From positions 8,391,425 to 8,455,424 of the forward strand of contig MU058636.1 in the NCBI GenBank assembly GCA_013265495.1: a DNA stretch of 64,000 bases, read 5' to 3'. Shown one piece after another: positions 38,477 through 52,500 of the stretch; within the stretch, counting starts at the first letter, position 1, and each line of letters begins with the position of its first letter. The position numbers were made by a program, and so were the translations under genes. Source of the stretch: Vicugna vicugna (taxonomy: Eukaryota). Under the pieces are notes generated by a model, which was not told the origin of the DNA, searched no databases, and worked only from the letters and a program-made list of their open reading frames with translations.

Positions 38477-38634
38477 AGGATCCAAGTTGTCCCAAGCCTC
38501 ATTACTCGGTGCGAAGTAAGTAAATGATCCTTTTCCTTCAATCTCTTCCCTCAGTTTTGAGACATCAGAGTAGCGCTGCGTGGTGGTGGCTCCCACAATG
38601 CCCAGAGTACCATAAACATGGTCAATGGGCAGAA
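38477..38634 (-). CDS. POSTN: POSTN exon 4 (FAS1-1)
   Basis: VLPIDHVYGTLGIVGATTTQRYSDVSKLREEIEGKGSFTYFAPSNEAWDNLDP; 158 nt. Confidence 0.97.
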
Positions 38635-39339
38635 CTGAAATAATCAAGAGATGAATAAGTACTTAGGATAATATTTCAAGAATATTATTTTATAATAGTT
38701 TAAACTTTACGCTCAGTTCCCCAATACATTTAGCTGATAATTTTAGCAATAAAATTCTAGAAATCATCAATTTTATATGAAAGTTGCCTTTTGAATGTCA
38801 AATAATAAAGTACTACTGAAAAATGTCATTTCATATATCTTTTGTATCAAGGGAAAATAGATTTTAAATTATTATCCTAGTTTAACATTTAGTCTATTTA
38901 GGTGTCAAATCTATGTCAATAAACGTTCAATTATAATTATCAGTAAGTATATTTGATTACTTCATTAAAAAAAAAGTTCCTCATTTCTCACTGAAAATGG
39001 CAAAAGTAATTTTTATTTCATGTTGGATAAAAGCTTCCACACAGTATAATATGTTGAGTATAGGGATATAATTATAAAGATTTGGGTCCCAGAAAGAAAT
39101 TTGTAGACCTGCTTCTTTTCATCATAATTTCAGGAAGGAAATAGATCAAATATCTAACACTTCCAGAATATATCTCCTGAACTTCAGAAGAAAGATTCAC
39201 ATATGAATGTCACCCTGAAGGTTGTTGCAGCCAACTTATCTTTTATGACCCTGTCTTATTTGAAATTTATTGTGTTTTGGATAATATCATAGGAGAAATG
39301 GTTATTACCTTTGTTAATGTAGCAAGACTAGGTACACAA

Positions 39340-40080
39340 TTAGTAAATTAAATTACAAAATCAAGATTTAAAAACAACCCAACAGAATAGGGAAAATGAG
39401 TCAAAATTAACAGGTTAAATGTAACAGATTTCCATAGATGTCCTATGCCTCAGTTGGAAAACAAATCTTAGAGAAAGACTTGATTTGATCATGTTCATGG
39501 AAAAGAGACTTGTAATCAATTTTAATTAGTTATAAATTCAACATGACATAATGATATGACATGTTTAGCAATGACATTAACCAAAGTTCAGGAGCCCCCA
39601 AAACTGAGTTATTTGTCTTAATATTCTTTCAGCTGCTTGGACCCCCATGAATTATAGCACCAGTCTTGGATCACAATCAGAAAAAAAATGACTGAACTAA
39701 AGGCTTTTCATGGTTTGTTGCCAATGATGGTAAGGGCTCCCAAGTCTTTACCACATTAGAACTGGGGATGAGGAGCACAGGGAAGGTTCTGTTGGGGAAG
39801 AGAGGGTAACTATAGGAAGTGTGTGATGATTTGTGTTAAATACGTGAATGGCTGTCATTTCAAAGAGGAAATAGATGGATTATTTTTTCTCTAGTTGGCG
39901 AGTTATAGGAAACTAACTTTCAATATGAGGAACGTTATAAAATCAGAGTTGTTGAATTAGAGAAGATGATGCCTTGATGAGTAGTCAGCCCATGTTTCTA
40001 GATAAATTCTAAGACAGGGATTTTGTAGAGGGAATGTTTGTTCTTGAAAGGAAGTTGAACTAATTTAAATTTAGATTAAG
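39340..40080 (+). mobile_element. L3/CR1 LINE remnant
   Basis: gaatggctgtcat...gaggaaatagat and gggattttgtagagggaat...ggaagttgaactaa CR1-type 3' phrases. Confidence 0.6.
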
Positions 40081-40302
40081 CTGTTGCATTGTCCAGCATC
40101 CAGTGTATAAGATATATGTCCTCATACTTTATCACCGTGATAAACGCATAATTAACACCAAGCTGTGGGGGATATGTCTTGGATTTATCCTGGTGCTAAA
40201 TACACACACACACATATAAATCTGGCTTCTCCACAAGCTACTTCAACTCTTTTTTCTCACACAAGACAAACTCCTCATTTAATTCAATAATTGAAACTTT
40301 AC

Positions 40303-40367
40303 CTGCTGGGCAGCCTTTCATGCCTTCCATTCTCATATAACCAGGGCAACATTCATATAACACAGTC
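40303..40367 (-). CDS. POSTN: POSTN exon 3 (EMI domain)
   Basis: TVLYECCPGYMRMEGMKGCPA; tag/gtaaag; 65 nt. Confidence 0.97.
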
Positions 40368-40549
40368 CTATACATTGGAAGAAAATTAATATTAAAATGG
40401 GGGAACTACGTAGGATACATTTTGACATAAACTTAGCGAAACATATCACTCATTGCCATGATTTATCAAGAATTTGAAATCGGATGTTTTTTGTTTGTTT
40501 GCTTGGTTCTAACACTAAAGTATTTATACTATTCGCTTGGCGTCTCTCT

Positions 40550-40790
40550 GTAGCCTCATGGCATGGTGGAAGAGCGCCAAGATCTTGAGTCAGAACAATG
40601 GAGTTTGGCTCCCAGTTCCACTACTTGGTAGATGAGTTGACCTTGAGCAAATAATTCAATAAATTTGAGTCTCAATTTCCTCAACTATTTAATATGAATA
40701 TAGTAGCTAAAATACCTACGCACAGGATGGCTGTGAATCTCAAAATGACACTTTGGAAATCATTTTGCAAACCATAAATAGCTAGAAATA
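40550..40790 (+). mobile_element. MIR SINE
   Basis: cccagttccactacttggtagatgagttgaccttgagcaaataattcaa...gtctcaatttcctca. Confidence 0.7.
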
Positions 40791-43700
40791 TTTATTAGCA
40801 TTAGGTTTTTAGGAACTAGAAACATCAGAAAAATACATTAACCCATTCCAATCAATCAACTGCTATCCCATTGCTAATTAAATAATACTGTTTTTGGTTT
40901 GAATTGACAGTAGAGTTATTAATTGTGATCATATTAAAGACAATCTTTACAATATTCTATTCATTTTTATTTTTGTAAAATTTGGTATATATAAATATAA
41001 AAATATAATGTTTAAGAAAAATACAGTATTTAAGAAAATGCTATGCTGTTCAAAGTTAGTAAAGTGTGTTAAGTTATATACAGGCAATAATTAATCAAGG
41101 CAACAGCCCAGAAAATTCAAGCAAACAAAGATATAGTCAAAATACCTGTCTAGTTTCCTAAATTTTGAGGTAAAATAATAACCTGAAATCATCTAAATAA
41201 TTGCTTCTGTTTTTCACTTTATTAAAAATATAACTTTGATCTTAATTTTATCAAATTCCATTTGATATTTTATGGACTTCTTCAGGATCCAGTGTAAGTA
41301 GTATTTTTTTATTAAAATTTTCCATAATGCTTTTTTTCCCTCTCAGTAGAAATTTGAAGAGGAATTTATGAAACAACAATTGGAAATTGGGGAATATTAC
41401 AAGTAAAGAGGAAATATAGATCATCTTGTAATTTTTAATAGATAAATTCGATGTCCTAGAGCTTAAGACAATTACTTACAGACAAATTATCTTGTAATTC
41501 AGTAATTAAACATACGTTAGCTAATTCAGATTATTGCTTTGCGGCTTTTTATCTATTTGTAATCATTGTACTCAAGAAGTATGAATGAGTGAAAGAATTT
41601 GGACATATTTAGAAGAAATATCACCAACTCTAAGAATAAAGAACCATTTTTAGTATGATAAAAATGTATAATAAGAGCAAATTTTCAAAAAGTGGTAATT
41701 TTAATGATATAAGATATGGTCTTACATAGGTAAAAGGAAATAAATTAGCTTTTCAGATTGAAGCCACATCCATGAACTGATTATCCATGACTTGTGGCCC
41801 TGCTTGTGACCTTGGAAACCTATTTCTCTACTTTCTTAACATAAATTTTAAAAGCACAATGTAATGTTGTTTATGGATATACACACCTAGGTAGTAAAAT
41901 ATTAAAATATAGATGAGAATAACATTTCTGTCATGGAATATTGGCTTAAGGATAATCAAAAAATAAGAAGATGTAAATTAAATGAAGTAGGAAATGAAAT
42001 TTTTAAATTGTTCTCTAATATTAAAATAATTTCAAGAATTGTTGGTATTGGAAACATATGCAAATTATAGGGTAGCCTTATGCAAATATCATCCCTGAAA
42101 TAATTTTATTTACACGGATACTCATAAAACTAAAGGCAAATATTTGGATGTCAGGGGATTAAGAATTGTTTATATATTAGCTTTAGCATATATTATAAAC
42201 AATAAAAATGAGATACATAATTTTTAGTTCAGGACTAATAACACTTTAAGTAAAATAGTGACTAGAAGAAGAAATTGCTAATGTAGCAAACATTTCTGTG
42301 ACATATGCTAATGTAACCCAAGGATCAGCTTTAATGTAAAGAATTAATGCATTAGATGGGATAGAATTCCCAAATAAGCAATTGCAATTTCAGCTGATAG
42401 TTGAACAATATGGTTATCTGAGTTGATCCTTTAAAAACAGACCAAAAAAGTAGTTTTTTTAGGAGAATATTTATGCTACACAAAACTCAAAGTTCCCATA
42501 TTGTCAGTAGGACCAATAAGAGTAAAAAAAATAAGAGTAAAAAACAAAATCTCTGATTTATCTACATTTTCTGAATAATCTAAAATCTTGTGGAAATACC
42601 AACTGAAAATGTTACTGATATCTTTTAAAGGAAGTCTACAAAATAACTAATTTTGTGAGCCAACATTTATTGTGGGAAATATCTTGAACCTAGGGAACTT
42701 CATGTCTTTCATTAGACCCAGTTACCTTCCCCAAATCCCCAAAGCATGCATTCAACCAGAAGATCAACCTTTCTGTCAACTGATACATAGAAAGTCCTAA
42801 AGATGACTTTGAAAATTTTATCAGCAGCAAGCAGATGGCACACCAGGCATTCTTCCCATCAATATGATTGATTTCTTTGGTTGTTTGAAACCAACAGCTA
42901 GCATTTGCATTTATTCCAGAGCACAGATGTAAATGTGTCTGTGAAAATGCAGTTAAGGGAAATAAGCTAATATAATTAAACAAAGGAGACACTGTTATAT
43001 TTCTGGTAAAAAGCCAGGCTTCAAAGCAGAGAATGTTTTTAATGGAAAGTAAGAAAGAATCTTGGCATATGCTTTGTACAAGCCTTGGCATCTTTATGTT
43101 TACATGATTAAGTAAGATTATATCAGACTTCCTTAACTTCCAGGAAGGATGTAATAAAGATTTCCCCTAAATATTTCAGACAGCAGGTCCTTTCTTATGT
43201 AGTTAGTATGCGTTCCAAGCAGGCCTCGTGGTAATCAAGAATAGAAAGGAAAGGGGGAGAAGAATTCAGAGCTTCGGAGTTCCCAGCTGAGGCCTGACTT
43301 CAGTCTTGGCCAGGATCATTGTAACCACTGGCTTCCACTGTAGTGGTGTGAATGAGTCACAAGTCTAGCAGATGTCTGCAAACTAACAGGTCAAAAAGTA
43401 ACAGCAGTTGGAAGTCTGTAAGACAATATGCAGGAACAGGCAGCAAGGTCCTGTGATGTCCTAGACTTGGTTACCGTGGGGAAGGACAGCACAGTTAAGA
43501 TTATATGCCTTGAATACATGATTCTTACTGGAAATAATGGTAACCCTATGCATTTTAAATAGGCATCTGCTCACACCTCCTTTTCCCACCAGCATATATC
43601 CAATTTGCTTAAAATAGTTTAAACTTAAAGATAATTGGTATTGTGGGTTAGAGTTACCTAGTCATTTCGTATTTGTTCATTCATTTTATCTTCAGAAATA

Positions 43701-44796
43701 CTATAACTATTAAATCCACATTTCACAGGTAAAGAAACAGACACTCCAAGGATTAAGCGATTCCATATTTGTAACCAATATTTCTAAGTTAGGAATACAT
43801 TTTTAACAATCCTCCCCATCTTTCCATCTATTTAGGGGAACTGAAGCTGAATGATGATGTGCTAAGCCGGTCCTCCTTCAGATACTCTGGTTCTCAAGGC
43901 GTCCATCACTGAGGGTGGGGTCCAACTTAACAGGATGCAGGTAGGAGCCATTTCCACTGTTCTCTTGACTGAGGATGATGCTCTAACCGTTTTAATCTTC
44001 ATCTTGAAGTGAAGAATTTGCACCACATGAGTAGTTCTTAACCTTCAGATGCCTAGGGTTTATTTCTTCTAATATTGTATAATTGTATTTCTCTAATATT
44101 CATTTATTTACCTTTTCCTAATATTTATTAACTGATTAGACCGATAAGCTATCAAGTAATAGATGATGTTTTCCAATTTTAAGTTAATCAGTAAAATATG
44201 TAACTAAGTTGAAGAGCAATCATCTTTTTGGCTATTGAAATGGTACATACAGTCACTGGCTTCCATTATCACCTCTAGGGGTCATTGAGGGTCTGGCAGT
44301 TCCCCAGACTAGATTAAGTCAAGAGATGAAACTTAAGTCCTGTCCAACTTTAAGCTTTGGTGAAACATCTGGGGTAAACTGGAGTACTTTAGATAATGTC
44401 AAAATGACTATAGGCAAATATTAATTTTCACCTTGAAACCTTAATATTTCATATCAATTTGTTCTTCTGGCCCATTTTTAAACTAAAATGATGAAACTGA
44501 GGCACAGAGGTTAATTGACTTGCCGAAGAAAGAAGAGGCCAAACCAAGAGTACAGATAACATAGTCAAACTCTTGCACTGATTGTACACCAGATCACATG
44601 GCCATTGCCATAGATTCCGGAATAATGAGCGTTCCACCAGTATAGGGGAGAATACTGGAAAAATGTATTTATTCACATTTGATCCTTTTTTTACACTTAC
44701 AATTTTGGAGGATATTTTCAAGAAGAGTGATGTGTATGTCCAAGGAAAAGCATGGATGTGATGGAACTGGCACATTAAGGAAAAGGTGAGACTTAC

Positions 44797-44895
44797 GCTT
44801 TCTTTCCGCAGATGGCTCCTTGATACCAGTTCCTACAAGTGCTGAAGTATTTCTTTTTGGTGCCCAAAATCTGCTGAAAGGCGCAGACATTTGGG
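44797..44895 (-). CDS. POSTN: POSTN exon 2 (EMI domain)
   Basis: [33 protein letters not shown]; cag/gtaagt; 99 nt. Confidence 0.97.
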
Positions 44896-46202
44896 CTGGA
44901 AGATAGAGAGAAGGAAGAGAGTTAATGTCCTAATGGCAATTAGTTTTCCATGTCTACAGATCAGCTGGTTAAAAAAAAAATTAACATGTATTTGGTTTTC
45001 AAAGATGCGATTCTAAAAAAAAAAAGATGTGATTCTAATCAAGCACAGATCACATTCTTGATTCAATTCTACTGAATCATTGGGAAAACTAAAGCCTATG
45101 AGAGACAGAGAGAGGGAGGAAATTGTACATCACTGATAGTAAAACCCCAGTATTTCAAGCTAACCTAATAGAATATTTAAAACACTGTTACATTGAACAT
45201 AATTTTATTTTCCTGGGTCTTATTACTCTTAATAGTAGATAACGCACTGGCCCCTTTAAACCAAACATGTGCCTATTTGGGGTGTTGGCGTGGCTTTAGG
45301 AGTCTGGAACAATAACAGATCAGACAACAAAAGAGATACATTTCACTAAGTTCAAGGACACTGTACTCTGTAATTTTCTAGGAAAGTGATCACAGAAGTA
45401 AATGAGTGCTAAGACTAACTTAAATAGCATGGCTGCACAAAGGAAAATTTATTTCTTTGACTGGAAGCAATTAGATCAAAACATCCTCTGCCAGACTTTT
45501 AAGGGTTTTTCTCCCTTAAAGAGATGGAAGTCTTCCTTGCTGTGTAAGGCAAGGGAACTTTGGGGCATTATGCAAATCCCTCTGAGACACAGGGAATAGT
45601 GCCAAGATCCATTTCAAGAAATAATAATGAATGGTTGGTTAAGTTACTAAATGATGTCTGATAACAGAAAATGCTAAGCTGTGGTTGAATTTATTCCAAG
45701 AGACAAACTTTGCAAATTTTACAGAATGCAGAACTTAAAAGTATTCTTAAATGCTTCAAAAAAAAGAAAATCAGAGACTAGTTACATTAACTATTATTTC
45801 ATTTTCATACATAACTTAAATGAAATTTTCCCTAACATCACGTAAGATACTTCAAAGCTGTTTACATGAGAGTCTCCAACAAAAGATTCTGAAATAGATT
45901 TTGAAAACCTCATTCCAGAAATTTGTAAGAAATAGAAATACAAATAAACTGAGTCATAAAAAGGCCTGTTAAATGTTTTTAATTATACTAAATTATGCAC
46001 AAGTTATTCTGACAGTAATTCTTAAAGTTTAAAACACATTTAAAAATCACAGAATATCCATTTTTCCCCCTTTTTCTTGTTACATTGTATTAAATAGAAA
46101 TAAAAACCCCTGAGGTATAAATAAAGAACTTTATGTAGAATTGTACATACAGCAAGCTAAGGGGAAAAAAAAAAGTTTTATAAAATCAAACCACTGACTT
46201 AC

Positions 46203-46321
46203 CCCTGATCCCGGCCCCTGATCCGGCTGTGTGCCAAGATCTTGTCATAATGACCATTGGCATCTGCAGGGTTAACAACAACCAGCAAGAGCAGAGAAAC
46301 TGTGGGTAAGAAAGGAATCAT
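46203..46321 (-). CDS. POSTN: POSTN exon 1 coding part (signal peptide)
   Basis: MIPFLPTVSLLLLVVVNPADANGHYDKILAHSRIRGRDQG; donor GTAAGT; 119 nt. Confidence 0.97.
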
Positions 46322-46386
46322 CTTTAGTCTCTCCGCTGTAGTTAGTCCACGAAGAGAACTGGCAGTGGGCTTTGGAGAGCTCTGAG

Positions 46387-46394
46387 TTTATATA
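46387..46394 (-). promoter_or_regulatory. TATA box of POSTN promoter
   Basis: TATATAAA on - strand ~66 nt upstream of the ATG, implying TSS near 46360; no CpG island. Confidence 0.8.
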
Positions 46395-46593
46395 CATGCC
46401 AGAGTTCTGGGAGGGAGCGCTCTATCAACCTGGGAATCTGAACTCCCTCCAAAAGACATCAGCGACTTCACGTTGCCAGCTTACGTCCTCTTTTGTGAGT
46501 TCTGTTCACCAAGCACATTGAGCCTCTTTTTCTTCTCATTATCAAGAAGATACTTATTTTTACATTATTTATCTTTCTCTTTGTTTTACTACC

Positions 46594-46600
46594 TGACTCA
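46594..46600. promoter_or_regulatory. Consensus AP-1 site in proximal promoter
   Basis: TGACTCA ~200 nt upstream of the TATA box; motif match only. Confidence 0.4.
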
Positions 46601-49600
46601 TTTCATGTTCATATTTCTGTTTTAGTCTTTTATAACTCAGACGGGAGGGTTTTTTTTTTTTAATGAAAAAGGGTTTTATTTAGGTTTTAAAGATCATTCT
46701 GTAATCCATCCCTTTCAGAGTACATGTTCTCATGCTCACTGAGAGCATTATTTAATCTTATCACATCTTGTCATAGTCCATTCTCTTCAGAACTGAAAGG
46801 TTATTATTTTTCACCAGAAAACTAAAGGTAGGTGTAGCTTTGATTATCAGAAGGCAGTAATGGCTGTTGATGAAAAACAAATATTGACCAGATATAAACT
46901 TGCACAAAGTATGAAATAAGAATTTTAACTTTCTGATGAGACGTGTAGGAGGAATCACATTTCCCTTGCACTCCTACCACCCTAGGGGGATACCTCCCAT
47001 TTCACTTCTCTTTTCAAATATCAAGGTATAGAGAGAGTTAACATAGACCTAGTTCTGGCAAGTTTCCCGAACTTTTGAAATGAAGCAGCAAAAAAAAATA
47101 TATGTGGTTTATTGTTTTTTCATCACATACAGGGCGTAATGTTGACCATCTCTAGATAGCACATCTATTGACAACCACGGGACCAAAAGCTTCCCCTGTA
47201 GGAAACAAGGATTACCAATCTAACTGGAATCGAGTAATTCAATACAATGAAGAAGCAGAAGCATTGCCAGAATTCTTCTTCTTCTGTTTTATCACGAGGA
47301 ACTAAAGTCTCTTAATGTTACACAGTGCAATTTCTAGCCAAGGGAATCTGCACTCTCACCGCTCCACACATGGTATGTCAGATATTCAGAACCCTTTGGA
47401 TAAAAGAAGTCTGAATGTCAGAAGTCACCAATAAGCTGAAATGATAACTGCAATGAATCTCCCTGGATAAACACGAGACACACTACCCTAGGGGAAAAGT
47501 GTAATTCAACTACAGCTTGTTACAAATGCTCCCACCGTAATGGCCCAACAGCCCCATTGGCCATATAGAGAGATTTTAGACTATGTTGTCCAATTGGAAG
47601 GGCTTTTAGGGTAGGCTGGATTGGGCCAGAGAGGATTCCAAGGAGAGTTATAGAAAGCTTGCTGTAGGATTTTTGTCTTGGGACACGAAAATAATCCTGC
47701 AACTTGCTGCTTGTTTATTAAGAAAACATACGCTGAAATAATAAATTCTTAAATATGATTCAGAGGCTTCTTTTCAATTTGAAAATCTTGACATTAAGGT
47801 ATAGAACATGAAAGAGCAATTCAAAAGTAGAGCTGGAGAGAAGATGGCATAAAGGTAAGTTATATTTTTTCCCTGGTCCCTTGTGGGAAGAAGAGATTTA
47901 ATCTATCATTTATATTTCTCTAAATGGAATTATTCTGACTTTATGGGTATGTCACTAGTTTGCCTTATATAATAGGTTTTTCTATTAATCTTAGGTTGTG
48001 CAAAGAGTAGGTGGTCAGTACTTGATTATTGAATAGGATAGAAAGGCTTTTATGAAAATAAGTTCTACCTAAAAGATTAGGTATCATTAGAACATTATTG
48101 ATAATATAGTTATATAAAAGTCTTCAATTCTAGACTGGCTAGACATTATAACATGGATTGCTTATCTTTTAAGATAATGATAGAACTTTGGAATTACAGA
48201 GGAATAAGTCTAACTCAAAATACAGCAATCTCTCGAACATCACCACTATAAATAATCATTTATTCTTTACTAGGATGCTCTTAATAGTAATTAATGCAAC
48301 CCTTTTCATTTTAGACAGCTGCTATTGTTTTATAAGCTTTTCTGTAATGAAGCTGAAATCTCAAATCCAAAGGGGTTTGATTGGTGAGGAAAGAATGAGG
48401 TGCAGAGAGAAAGACAGAGCCTTGGATAATATGGAGCAAGAGTAAAAGTGTTCTTTCAGTCCAGTCCAGAATGGTAACAGATAGACTTGATCATGAGGAT
48501 GGGGTGAAGACAGAATTAATAACTTCCTGTCGTGTTACCTGCTTTCTTAATAGTGCCTATGAATTGAAAATGTATTGATTATTTTCAAGAACAGTTTTGA
48601 CCTAGTTGTTCCTGTGACCACAGTTTCATCCATTGGAATCAATGGCTTCCACTCACCCTGATTCCTTCTGCGGTACAAATGGGTGAATAATTGCATGGGA
48701 AAAGTCATGAAAATGGGAATACATTCATTCTTATCTCAAGAGATGACTCCGTTCTGATAGAAGATTGAGGTTTACTTTTTATAAAAAGCATGATATATGC
48801 TCATACTATAAAAAAGAAGGTTCTTAGATTTTTCTTTTCAGAATTTCATAAAATGGTGTCTTAAATGTGTCTATCCTGAGCATGCCGTTTGGAACTTGTA
48901 TAAGTCCCAAAGAAGTCAACAAATGCTAGCCCTCGACAAATATTTACACTCAGGATGAATAATGCCATCAAAGAGGATCTTGAAACTGAGGGCAGTTGTA
49001 CATATACATTGCATGCAAATTTAGAGGTTGGAGAACCTTCCAAGAGAAGGAAAATTTTAGGACAAATATAAAAAGATAAAAGCAGTGCAACTTAAAATGC
49101 TAAGTCCAGCCCAGAAGTGTGATATTGTAAGATGTTATACGGTGGGAGAAAGTCCAGGTAACTAGTTTAGCCAGGATCCTGGCTTCAGGGAGGCTACTAA
49201 TTGAACCCTGGTCCATAGCTGACAACTTGGGGTAGGGTGAGGGAAGGAAATAGTTCCAGAGAGTGGGAGGAAAGGACAGCCTAAGCTGTAGCGAAAAGAT
49301 TTAAAGATCTAAAGAGGGACACAGTTCTCTCCTTTCGGAGCATGCATTAAGGGTTAATCTCTCTCTCTTTCTTCCCGCACAGGACCCCTCTTCTTCTGCT
49401 TCGTGAAAAGGTCCTGCTCCTGGGTGGGCTACTTCATTTTCTTAGCAGTTTGGAGGAAGACTGAAATCTTGGCAATTAAATCTGACTTTCAGGATTGCAA
49501 AGTCTGACCCCAAAATGTAAGTTATTAATGAAAAAGAGATGGTTTATTATGCAAAGAAAGAAAAATAATATGTCTGAAAGACAGAGACATTTGTTTCTAG

Positions 49601-51796
49601 CTGTTAGGATGCTAATATACTGGCAGCTTGCAAATTACCCAGTGAGACCTTGGTAGCCAGCCTTGTAACCTCTGGAGACCGTGACATCATCAAAACGTCA
49701 TGCTTTTAGCCAACGTCAGCATGTAGCCAACACTGAACTTGCCCGACACTCTGTAGGATTGGACATGGCCTCTGGAGTCAACAAACCTGGATAACAAGGC
49801 CAGGAGCATTTTTTTTTTAAACATGACTTCCTCAGTTTTGAATGATCCAGCGTGGTTATTTGCCCCCCAATAATTTATAAACCCTTGTTTTTTAACATAA
49901 GGTTTGTGAGATCTTCACACGTCTTTTATTTTTTCTCTTATTGCCTTTTTGTAAACTATAGGTGATAGAGCTTATCTGTAAAACACGAAAGGCTTTGAAA
50001 TTAAAGCCACTCTTTCTTCGGGACAACACTACTTAGGGTCCAAACACCTTGGCCTCTGAAGGGTTCAGTCTTCCCTGGTACCTGGGTTTGATTAGCAGCC
50101 TTGTGAATTGAAGTTCTGCCAAAACCCAGAGATCTTCGCTTCCTTCGAATGAGGGAAAACGTCTTCTTAAAGTAATTAGATTATGCTGAATTCAGCCAAC
50201 AGTAGAAAGAATTCATATTAAGCAAAAATTAAATATTGTGATTTTTTTCTCTCATTAAAATATTCATGCAGCCAAAATAAAGTTGAACATCAATAACCAA
50301 CTGAAAAGAGGTCAAAAGGACAATTCATAGGCTCAGATGTTTGTGGCTGACACGTTGTAAAGTGTCACCTCCCTGTTCACCCATTATATTTCCAATGGAT
50401 TTCTTCCTTTACTCCCATAGATCCTGCAGGCGTGCTCTGGTTTAACGTATCTAAGATAATGAAATGTATTCAAAGAAAGATGTGACTAGCCTGACCCCAA
50501 AGTAAACAGTAAATGTTAATGTCTCTTTAATGTTAATTCATGTAGAAGCGAACAAGCTTTCCATGGTCAATGTAAGCATTATGCCATCTTTCCTGTATAC
50601 ATCGAGACTGTCATTTTCTTTAAAAGCATATGAAGTGACAGATTTCACTCTCAGATTAAGTTATCAGTGTAACTATTTGTCCTTAGCTGAGCTGGGTACT
50701 TTTGAAATTGTGAAACTGGGTGTGTATCAGTAGCATTTCTTATTATCCATATTTACTTGCATTTCTCTGGAGACATCTAGTGGAGAAGGTGCAGTATATG
50801 TTTCCAGAAGCACAGATAACCGTCCACTACATTTTGATTAAAATAATAATTCATATGTAATTGATATGAAAAAATCTTCAACATTTTACGTGCAATTCAG
50901 GATGTCAGACAACTGAAAATTAATAATGGTCTCTTATGTAGTATTTTAAAGCAGATTTAGATTGACCACAGTAAATGATGTCAAATCCAGATAAAAAGTG
51001 AAAAAACTGGTCGTGCTTCTGTATGTATGTGGCTGAAAAATGAATTGCTAAGCCCTCCACCTGCTAATTGCTTCATTTTTTTTATGTGAGTTTTCATTGT
51101 TGTTCTATGCTGACACAGACTAGTAACAAGAATAAGAAGTTGTGACTGACTTTTGTATGTCAAGGTAATGATTGGGAAGGATCAGTTCTGCAGTCGATTT
51201 TCACTGATCAATTCTCCCTCCATTTACACATCCTGTAGTTCTCATCTCTGGCCTGCTTGATGCTGCTGGCATGGGCCTTTTATCTTTCCTCTCGCTTAGA
51301 TGTGGATAACTTTGTTTCAGAGACAATTAAGACCCTAGTCGTTATCTGTCTCCCACTTACAGAAAACTTCTAATAGTCTTTTGGACCAGATTGTAAGATG
51401 AAGGGATGGATAATTGCTGCAATTAAAAGAACTCGGGAGACATCCATCCCTTAAAATGCCAGAATTTCAACATCCCATCTGGCACTTTGGGTCTGCTAAA
51501 AGAATGGGCTGAATTAAGATAACACCATAATTCATAATCATCCACTTATCACCTCCTTGGATTCTATCCCTCAGGTCTCATAGTGAGCCCTCCACCTGCT
51601 AATATTTCCTCTGTTTGTACTCACATTTTCTTCATCTTCTATTTCCAACATTTGTCATACCTGGTTTATATTCTCTTCTTTTCCTCACCTGAGAAGTTTC
51701 CTGTACTTCTCCCCAGGAAAAACGCCAACCAAAGTTGTGTTACTTCTCACTTTTCAACCATCATCTGCCTGCTAGCCTCAAAGACACTGAATATAG

Positions 51797-51838
51797 TCTG
51801 TTCTAAAATAAACTGTATTCTGTTCTAAAATAAACTGT
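51797..51838. repeat. 20-bp tandem duplication
   Basis: tctgttctaaaataaactgt at 51797-51816 and 51819-51838. Confidence 0.9.
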
Positions 51839-51851
51839 GTTTCTCCACTTC

Positions 51852-52500
51852 TCCAAATATTGATCTTTAAAAATTATTTATTTATTTTTTATTGAAGTAT
51901 AGTCAGTTTACAATGCTGTATCAATTTCTAGTGTACAGCATTATGTTTCAGTCATACATATACATGCATATATTCATATTCTTTTTCATTAAAGGTTACT
52001 ACAAGATATTGAATATAGTTCCCTGTGCTGTACAGTTTAAACCTGTTATCTATTTTACATGTAATAGTTCGTATCCACAAATCTTGAATTCCCAGTTTAT
52101 CCCTTCCCACCTCCTTTCTCCTCTGGTAACCGTAAATTTGTTTTCTATGTCTGTGAATCTGTTTCTTTTCGTAAATGAGTTCATTTGTGTCTCATTTTTT
52201 TGGATTCCACACATAAGTGATATCATATGGTATTTTTCTTTCTCTGTCTGGCTTACTTCAGTTAGAATGATGATCTCCAGGTCCATCCACGTTGCTGCAA
52301 ATGGCATTATTTCATTCTTTTATATGGCTGAGTAGTATTCCATTATATATATACATACATGTATATATGTGTACATATATATATACCACAATTCTTTATC
52401 TGGTCATCTGTCAATGGACACTTAGGTTGCTTCCATGTCTTGGCTATTGTACCTAGTGCTGCTATGAACATTGGGGAGCCTTTATCCAGATACTGATCTT
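51852..52500 (-). mobile_element. Younger 5'-truncated L1 with target-site duplication
   Basis: Reads MPFAATWMDLEIIILTEVSQTEKEKYHMISL (L1 3' region); degenerate polyA at ~51870-51890; TSD tccaaatattgatctt (51852-51867) / tccagatactgatctt (52485-52500), 14/16 identical. Confidence 0.92.

Larger units (their letters stand above)
12600..46365 (-). other. POSTN: Periostin gene locus, 23 exons, 836-aa ORF (transcript ends approximate)
   Basis: Hand-spliced exon lengths 119,99,65,158,165,147,142,213,135,149,137,131,131,103,68,46,81,90,90,78,84,42,38 sum to 2511 nt; frame stays open; all introns GT-AG; translation is periostin. Confidence 0.99.

Noticed and set aside
42690..43091. 133-aa ORF in intron 2
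   Set aside because: No recognisable domain or exon-like boundaries; expected by chance
51892..52335. 147-aa + strand ORF and overlapping 85-aa - strand ORF
   Set aside because: Both lie inside the L1 3' fragment; not host genes
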